From Patescibacteria group bacterium (lineage in GTDB: Bacteria > Patescibacteriota > Patescibacteriia > JAHJFT01): 64,000 nt of DNA. Location of the stretch: the NCBI GenBank assembly GCA_028710985.1, contig JAQTTB010000001.1:457864-521863 (forward strand), given 5' to 3'. Of this stretch, positions 58,246-64,000 are shown in pieces (position 1 is the stretch's first letter; the number at the start of each line of letters is the position of its first letter). The notes beneath the pieces are model-generated. The model made no database searches, was not told the DNA's origin, and saw only the letters and a list, made by a program, of their open reading frames with translations. A program made the translations under genes and the position numbers.

Positions 58246-59028
58246 ATGATTGGCATTTTTGATTCCGGCATCGGCGGCCTGACCGTGGCGCGCGAACTAA
58301 TGCGGCAGATTCCCGAAGCCGGCATTATATATTTTGGCGATACGGCGCGCTACCCGTACGGCAATAAAAGCAAACAGACAATCGAACGCTACGCGCTCCA
58401 GGACGCGCATTTTTTAATTTCCCAGGGCGCGAAAATTATCGTCGTGGCCTGCAACACCGCGTCCGCGCTCGCGATTGACGCGCTGCAAGCCGAAATCAGC
58501 CTGCCGCTTTTTGAAGTGATTACCCCGGCCGTGGAAAAAGCGGTCCGCGTTACCGCAAGTAAAAATGTCGGCGTCATCGGCACGCGCGGTACGGTCAATA
58601 GCAGTATTTACGCCTCAAAGATCCACGACATTGATCCGCAGATAAAAGTCGCGAGCCAGGCCTGCCCGCTTTTTGTGCCGCTCGTGGAAGAAGGCTGGCT
58701 GCGCCGTCCGGAAACCAAAAAAATTGTCCGCGCCTATCTCGCGCCTCTCAAGGCGCAGGGGATCGATACGCTAATTCTGGGTTGTACTCACTATCCATTG
58801 CTCAAATCCCAGATTCAGGAAAAAATCGGCCGGCGCGTGAAGCTCGTGGATTCAGCCGAAGAGGTGGTCAGCCGGATTGTCGAATATATTAAGAATAATC
58901 CGGCTATTAAGAATCAAATTACCGGGCAGAGCCGCTTTTACTTAAGCGATGTCTCATCCCATACCGAAGGGATCGCCTCAAAATGGCTGGGAAGGGCGGT
59001 TAAGTTTGAGCAGGCGGTGGTGGAGTAA
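58246..59028 (+). CDS. murI: Glutamate racemase
   Basis: IFDSGIGGL, PYGNKS, VACNTAS, LILGCTHYP. Confidence 0.98.
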   Translation: MIGIFDSGIGGLTVARELMRQIPEAGIIYFGDTARYPYGNKSKQTIERYALQDAHFLISQGAKIIVVACNTASALAIDALQAEISLPLFEVITPAVEKAVRVTASKNVGVIGTRGTVNSSIYASKIHDIDPQIKVASQACPLFVPLVEEGWLRRPETKKIVRAYLAPLKAQGIDTLILGCTHYPLLKSQIQEKIGRRVKLVDSAEEVVSRIVEYIKNNPAIKNQITGQSRFYLSDVSSHTEGIASKWLGRAVKFEQAVVE

Positions 59029-59130
59029 AATTTGCTAAATCTAACCAAATTTGACAAGCTCTGCCCATCTGGTATTCTGTTATAGAATGAGAAAAAAGTT
59101 TACGCCAATCAAAAAATTATTTCTTGGGAC

Positions 59131-59204
59131 AAAATTCCTCCCCGGCTGGGAGGAATTTTTTTATCAGCCTTTCGGCCCCGGTCCCCCCGGGGCCGATTTT
59201 TTTT
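59131..59204 (+). terminator. Two tandem terminator-like hairpins in the leader of the AsnRS-like gene
   Basis: AAAATTCCTCCC-cggct-GGGAGGAATTTT plus T-run, and TCGGCCCCGG-tcccc-CCGGGGCCGA plus T8, downstream of TTGACA(59051)..TATTCT(59073). Confidence 0.65.
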
Positions 59205-59224
59205 ACTAACATAATAAAAATAAT

Positions 59225-60235
59225 ATGACCAAAGACAAAAACATTATCCGGCTCTTTCACCAAATCATCCGGTCGGTCCGAGGCGGGCTTGAAGAGCGGG
59301 GATATACCGAAGTGGTTGTGCCGCGGCTCGTGCGCGCGTCCGGCGCTTGCGAAAACATCAATACGCTTTTCGAGGTCTCGGTGGAAGAAGATAAAAATTG
59401 GTTTCAGGGCCGCCGGGGATACCTTGCCCAGACCGGCCAGCTTTATCTCGAGGCTTTTGTTCCGTCGTTAAAAAAAGTGTTCTGTCTGGGCCCGAGTTTC
59501 CGCGCTGAACCGAGCGTTGACGGCCGGCATCTCACCGAGTTCACCATGGCGGAAATTGAATTCGCCGGCGGATTTGACGAGCTTCTCGCCGAGATTAGCG
59601 AAATCATTTGGAGGATCGCTCAGCATTTTGTGCAAAATAAGCCTCTCGCCGCGAGCCTCGGCCTTTCGGCCGAACAGATGGAGAGGCTCAGCCGCGTTCC
59701 GCGCAGATTCAAACAGATTACTTACGATGACGCAATTCATCATCTAATCCGCGCGGGCGAGGATATTGAATGGGGAGATGATATCGGCTCGGCGCAGGAG
59801 AAGAAATTAGTCAGTGATTTTGGCGGCGAGCCTCTTTTCATCACCCGTTTTCCGGATCCCATGTGGGATTTTAAAAAAAAGATTGAAGTTGAGAAATTTT
59901 TCAACATGATACCCGATCCCGAACATCCGGGCCGCGTGCTTTCCTGCGATCTGATTTTGCCCCACGGCGGCGAGGCGGTCGGTGCGGCCGCCCGGATTCA
60001 TGACCATGCAACCCTGGTTAAAAGACTCAAAAATTCGCGCATGTTCAAACGCCTGATTGACCGCGGCGGCAGCCTGAATGACTTTGAATGGTATATTGAA
60101 GCGGTTAAAAACGAGGGGTCCGTGCCCCACGCCGGCTGCGGCTTCGGTCTGGCCCGAATTGCCCAATTTATCCTCGGCAAAGAGGATATCCGCGAATGCG
60201 TGCCCTTTGTCGCCAACCGGCAGAATATCATCTAA
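59225..60235 (+). CDS. Class IIb aaRS catalytic-core paralog lacking the anticodon domain (AsnRS2 / archaeal-type asparagine synthetase-like)
   Basis: GACE, YLAQTGQLYLE, SFRAE..RHLTEF, PHAGCGFGLAR; only 336 aa with no N-terminal OB fold. Confidence 0.8.
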   Translation: MTKDKNIIRLFHQIIRSVRGGLEERGYTEVVVPRLVRASGACENINTLFEVSVEEDKNWFQGRRGYLAQTGQLYLEAFVPSLKKVFCLGPSFRAEPSVDGRHLTEFTMAEIEFAGGFDELLAEISEIIWRIAQHFVQNKPLAASLGLSAEQMERLSRVPRRFKQITYDDAIHHLIRAGEDIEWGDDIGSAQEKKLVSDFGGEPLFITRFPDPMWDFKKKIEVEKFFNMIPDPEHPGRVLSCDLILPHGGEAVGAAARIHDHATLVKRLKNSRMFKRLIDRGGSLNDFEWYIEAVKNEGSVPHAGCGFGLARIAQFILGKEDIRECVPFVANRQNII

Positions 60236-60272
60236 ATACCGGCTTGCCCGCCTTCCACAAAAATGATACTAT

Positions 60273-60340
60273 ATGAGAGCATTAAATATTTTTTAATGCT
60301 CTCATCCCGAGTCCCCCGCAGTGCGGGGGCGAGGGATCTC
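60273..60340. repeat. Composite inverted repeat + TCCCGA-hairpin-GAGGGATC element (copy 2)
   Basis: ATGAGAGCATTAAA/TTTAATGCTCTCAT then CCCGAGTCCCCCGCAGTGCGGGGGCGAGGGATC. Confidence 0.7.
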
Positions 60341-60345
60341 TCATT

Positions 60346-61515
60346 ATGCTTCTCACGATTATTATTTTCATCGCGGTTCTCTCCCTGCTGGTCTTTGCCC
60401 ATGAGCTCGGCCATTTTTGGGTTTCGCGGCTCTTCGGCGTCAAAGCCGAGGAGTTTGGTTTTGGTTTGCCGCCGCGGATTGTCGGCGTGGTCAAGGATGA
60501 TGCCGGAAAATGGCGCGTCGTCGGCGGAAAAGATGAAGCCGTTTTTAAGCGGACAATCTATTCGCTGAACTGGATCCCGGTCGGCGGATTTGTAAAAATC
60601 AAAGGTGAAAGCGGCGAGGCGCAGGGCGATAACGACAGTTTTTCCACCCGAAAAATCTGGCAGAGGGCCTTAATGCTTTCCGCCGGCGTGATTATGAATG
60701 TGGTTCTGGCGGCCGGCATTCTTTCGCTCGGTTTTATGCTTGGCCTGCCGTCGGTGGTTGATGATGAACCTCCGACCGGCGCGATCGTGCGCGACCGCGA
60801 GATACAGATTCTTTCCGTTCTTAAGGATTCACCCGCCGCCGCGGCTGGACTTGCCTCCGGCGATGTTATTCAAAAAATTGACGGCCGGGATTTTACCACC
60901 ACCGCTGAAGTGCAGGAATATGTCAGCGGCCGCGAGAATCAGGAAACCGAATTTATTTTCAACCGCCAGGGGACTGAGCTTGTAAAAAAAATCACCCCCG
61001 TGAAGCTTGCTGAAACCCCGCATGGCGGGGGCATCGGCATCGGCCTCGCCGACGTGGGCCTGGTTTCGTATCCGTTCCATGTCGCGATTTGGCGCGGCAC
61101 CCAGTCGGCCGTTTTTCTCACCGGCGAAGTTATTATTGCTTTCGGCGAACTCATCAAAAATCTTGTGGTGAAACAGGAAGTTGCCGTGGATCTCTCCGGA
61201 CCGGTCGGCATCGCGGTGCTTACCGGACGCGCGGTGCGCATGGGCATTACCTATCTTTTGCAATTTACCGCTTTTCTTTCAATCAATCTCGCGGTGGTGA
61301 ATTTTCTGCCCTTCCCGGCGCTGGACGGCGGCCGCGTGTTTTTCCTTATCTTAGAAAAAATTCGGCGCCGCCCGGTGAGCGTCAGGCTTGAGAGCCTGAT
61401 ACACAATATCGGTTTTGCCCTGCTTATGGTTCTGGTCGTGCTCATTACTTACCGCGACCTGGTGCGCGCAAGCGGCCAGATTATCGGCGGATTAAAGAAA
61501 CTAATCGGAGTTTAA
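60346..61515 (+). CDS. rseP: RIP metalloprotease RseP (M50 + PDZ)
   Basis: HELGH, IPVGGFVKI, AGVIMN, PDZ domain, NFLPFPALDGG. Confidence 0.95.
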   Translation: MLLTIIIFIAVLSLLVFAHELGHFWVSRLFGVKAEEFGFGLPPRIVGVVKDDAGKWRVVGGKDEAVFKRTIYSLNWIPVGGFVKIKGESGEAQGDNDSFSTRKIWQRALMLSAGVIMNVVLAAGILSLGFMLGLPSVVDDEPPTGAIVRDREIQILSVLKDSPAAAAGLASGDVIQKIDGRDFTTTAEVQEYVSGRENQETEFIFNRQGTELVKKITPVKLAETPHGGGIGIGLADVGLVSYPFHVAIWRGTQSAVFLTGEVIIAFGELIKNLVVKQEVAVDLSGPVGIAVLTGRAVRMGITYLLQFTAFLSINLAVVNFLPFPALDGGRVFFLILEKIRRRPVSVRLESLIHNIGFALLMVLVVLITYRDLVRASGQIIGGLKKLIGV

Positions 61516-61519
61516 ATTT

Positions 61520-62542
61520 ATGGACGCGCAGCTGGAAGGTTTATCAAAAAAATTTAATCAGGAAATCGCCGCCGCAAGAGACAGCAGGACGGCCGGGGAT
61601 ATTGAAATTAAATATTTGGGACGCCGCGGTGAATTGACGCGGATTTTACGCGGTCTGGACCGGCTGCCCATGGAGCGTCGGCGCGCCCTTGGAAGCGAAG
61701 CCAATGCGCTCAAGGTTCAGCTTGAAAAAATTATTAAAGAAAAAATTAAAACTTTTTCCGCCGCGGAATTCAGGGGACTCGGGCAGAAAGAACGGGTTGA
61801 TATCACCGCGCCGGCGCGCCGCCGGGTCGGCCATCTTCATCCGGTTTCCATAATTCAGCGCGAGCTCGAAGACCTGTTCCGCGGTATGGGTTTCATTGTT
61901 GCCGCCGGTCCGGAGCTTGAATCGGATTATTATAATTTTGAAGCCCTGAATATTCCGCCGCACCATCCGGCCCGCGATATGCAGGATACATTCTATATAG
62001 AAGGCCGGGATGATTTGGTTCTGCGCACCCAGACATCGCCGATTCAGATACGCGCGATGCAAAAATACGGCGTTCCGCTCCGCATGATCGGGCCGGGCCG
62101 TTGTTTTCGGAATGAAGCGACCGACGTGCGCCATGAGCACACGTTTTATCAGCTTGAGGGGGTCGTAATAAGCGAGGATACGAGTTTCGCCGATATGAAG
62201 GGGGTGCTGGAAATTGTCGCGCGGCATCTTTACGGACAAAAAACCGAAGTGCGCTTGCGTCCGAAATTTTTCCCGTTTGTCGAGCCCGGTGTGAACGGCG
62301 AGGTCACCTGTTTCTTGTGCCGCGGCAAGGGCTGCCGCCTGTGCAAGGGGAGCGGCTGGCTTGAGATATTCGGCGCCGGCATGATTCATCCGAACGTTCT
62401 CTCGGTTGGCGGCGCTGATCCCAAAAAATATCAGGGATTTGCCTTTGGTTTCGGGCTGACGCGGCTCGTGATGCTTAAATATAACATTGACGATATCCGC
62501 CATTTCCTAAGTGGCGACCTGAGGTTTATCCAGCAATTTTAG
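61520..62542 (+). CDS. pheS: Phenylalanine-tRNA ligase alpha subunit
   Basis: HPARDMQDTFY, LRTQTS, FFPFVEP, GFAFGFG. Confidence 0.98.
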   Translation: MDAQLEGLSKKFNQEIAAARDSRTAGDIEIKYLGRRGELTRILRGLDRLPMERRRALGSEANALKVQLEKIIKEKIKTFSAAEFRGLGQKERVDITAPARRRVGHLHPVSIIQRELEDLFRGMGFIVAAGPELESDYYNFEALNIPPHHPARDMQDTFYIEGRDDLVLRTQTSPIQIRAMQKYGVPLRMIGPGRCFRNEATDVRHEHTFYQLEGVVISEDTSFADMKGVLEIVARHLYGQKTEVRLRPKFFPFVEPGVNGEVTCFLCRGKGCRLCKGSGWLEIFGAGMIHPNVLSVGGADPKKYQGFAFGFGLTRLVMLKYNIDDIRHFLSGDLRFIQQF

Positions 62543-62648
62543 TCAAAAGTTAAAAATCAAAAGTTAAAAGTTGAGTTAAAAGTTTACAAGTTAATTTATA
62601 ATGGACTTATTGATTTTTGACTTGACTTTAGACTTTTAACTTTAGACT
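62541..62648. repeat. 7-nt periodic inverted array between pheS and pheT
   Basis: AGTCAAAAGTTAAAAATCAAAAGTTAAAAGTT...TTTTGACTTGACTTTAGACTTTTAACTTTAGACT. Confidence 0.8.
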
Positions 62649-62653
62649 AAGTT

Positions 62654-64000
62654 ATGCTTGTTTCCAGAAACTGGCTAAACGAATATTGCGCCATACCCAA
62701 GAGTCTTTCTGACAAAGACCTGGCTTTGAAATTATCTCTTACCGTGGTGGAAGTTGAGGGCTGGCAGGAAGAGGGCAAAAACCTTGATAAAGTCGTGGTC
62801 GGAAAAATTTTAAAAGTTTCAAAACATCCGAACGCCGATAAGCTCAAAATTTGCGTCGTTGATGTGGGAACGGAAAAGCTTTCCATCGTCTGCGGCGGAG
62901 CCAATGTAGCCGAGGGCATGCTGGTCGCGGTTGCGCGTGTCGGCGCCCGCGTTCGCTGGCACGGCGAAGGCGAACTCCAGGAGCTCGCGCCGGCAAAGAT
63001 CCGCGGCATTGAATCGCGCGGCATGATTTGCGCGGCCGAAGAGCTCGGCCTTTCCGAAAAATTAAATCCCGAGCACGGTATCCTGGATATCACCGGAACC
63101 CGGGCCAAACCGGGCGCCCCGTTTGCCAGGGCTCTCGGCCTGACCGACACGATTTTTGAAGTTGACAACAAGTCGCTCACGCACCGGCCCGACCTCTGGG
63201 GTCATTACGGCATGGCGCGCGAATTATCCGCAATTTACGGCGGAAAATTAAAACCCGTAGATTTGCAGAAAATCAAATCGCCCAAAAAGGGGACAGCCAA
63301 AAAATTAAAAGTAAAAATCCTGGACAGCGCCCTCTGCCCGCGTTATATGGGGCTCGTGATTGATAATATTAAAATCGCCGCGTCGCCGGTCGTCCTGCAG
63401 AAAAGGCTCGCCGCGCTCAATGTCCGGCCGATCAATAATATAGTTGACGCGACAAATTATATTCTTCTTGAGCTCGGGCAGCCCTTGCACGCGTTTGATT
63501 ATTCCCTGATTCCGGGCGGCGAAATCATGGTCCGCCGGGCCGCGAGGGGCGAGAAGATTACAACGATTGACGAAATTCCGAGGAATCTTGATTCCGAAAT
63601 GCTTGTTATCGCGAACGCCAAAGGGCCGGTCGCGGTTGCCGGCATCATGGGCGGCCGCGACAGTGGAATCAGCGGCGCAACGAAAACAATCGTCATTGAA
63701 TCCGCGAATTTTGAGCCGTATTCAATCCGCAAGACTTCAACCAGACTCGGACTCCGGACCGAATCATCAATTCGGTTCGAAAAAAGTCTTGATCCCAATC
63801 TTGCGGAAACCGCGATTCTCCGCGCCGCCAAGCTCATTATGGAAATGTGCCCCGAGGCGCGCATCGCCTCGCCGCTTGTCGACGCGGCCAAATTTTCCCT
63901 GAAGCAGGGGCCGATCAAACTCAGTTTAAAATCATTTGAAAGCAAAGTCGGCCTCAAGCTTCCGCGCGCCCGGGTGGCCTCAATATTAAAAAGTCTGGGT
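62654..64000 (+). CDS. pheT: Phenylalanine-tRNA ligase beta subunit (3' truncated by window)
   Basis: ATG 62654 MLVSRNWLNEY; HPNADKL..C, IRGIESRGMIC, THRPDLWGHYG, GQPLHAFD, RFEK. Confidence 0.97.
   Translation, partial: MLVSRNWLNEYCAIPKSLSDKDLALKLSLTVVEVEGWQEEGKNLDKVVVGKILKVSKHPNADKLKICVVDVGTEKLSIVCGGANVAEGMLVAVARVGARVRWHGEGELQELAPAKIRGIESRGMICAAEELGLSEKLNPEHGILDITGTRAKPGAPFARALGLTDTIFEVDNKSLTHRPDLWGHYGMARELSAIYGGKLKPVDLQKIKSPKKGTAKKLKVKILDSALCPRYMGLVIDNIKIAASPVVLQKRLAALNVRPINNIVDATNYILLELGQPLHAFDYSLIPGGEIMVRRAARGEKITTIDEIPRNLDSEMLVIANAKGPVAVAGIMGGRDSGISGATKTIVIESANFEPYSIRKTSTRLGLRTESSIRFEKSLDPNLAETAILRAAKLIMEMCPEARIASPLVDAAKFSLKQGPIKLSLKSFESKVGLKLPRARVASILKSLG

Overview
Chromosomal segment of a small-genome bacterium, most likely Patescibacteria/CPR. 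This is inferred from the gene set, the AT-rich SD-less starts of core genes and the T4SS-like cluster; code 11 is used, with TGA as stop. Core genes: nusA, yidC, groES/groEL with a CIRCE-like operator, frameshifted prfB, rsmA, recG, clpC, lemA, murI, rseP, pheS/pheT and five intact tRNAs, including the uncommon tRNA-Arg(GCG). Envelope and secretion genes include a VirB6/PrgI/VirB4/VirB8-like cluster next to comF, a pilin-like protein fused to a papain-like domain, and a ~2,940-aa Cys-rich secreted protein. The best candidate for an undescribed system is a RiPP-like cassette at 10.98-13.54 kb. It has an unannotated 45-aa precursor ending ...DCVCYTSCTRCT, then a hairpin, a radical SAM/SPASM maturase and a HExxH protein, all bracketed by a degenerate direct repeat of the downstream gene's 5' end. 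The window also carries several families of tiny palindromic elements inserted in frame into proteins and into a tRNA-like sequence, a tRNA-Leu/GIY-YIG/pseudo-tRNA-Leu unit, 7-nt periodic inverted arrays, and a RAYT transposase that contains its own REP. All family calls come from motifs recognised by eye; no searches were run.
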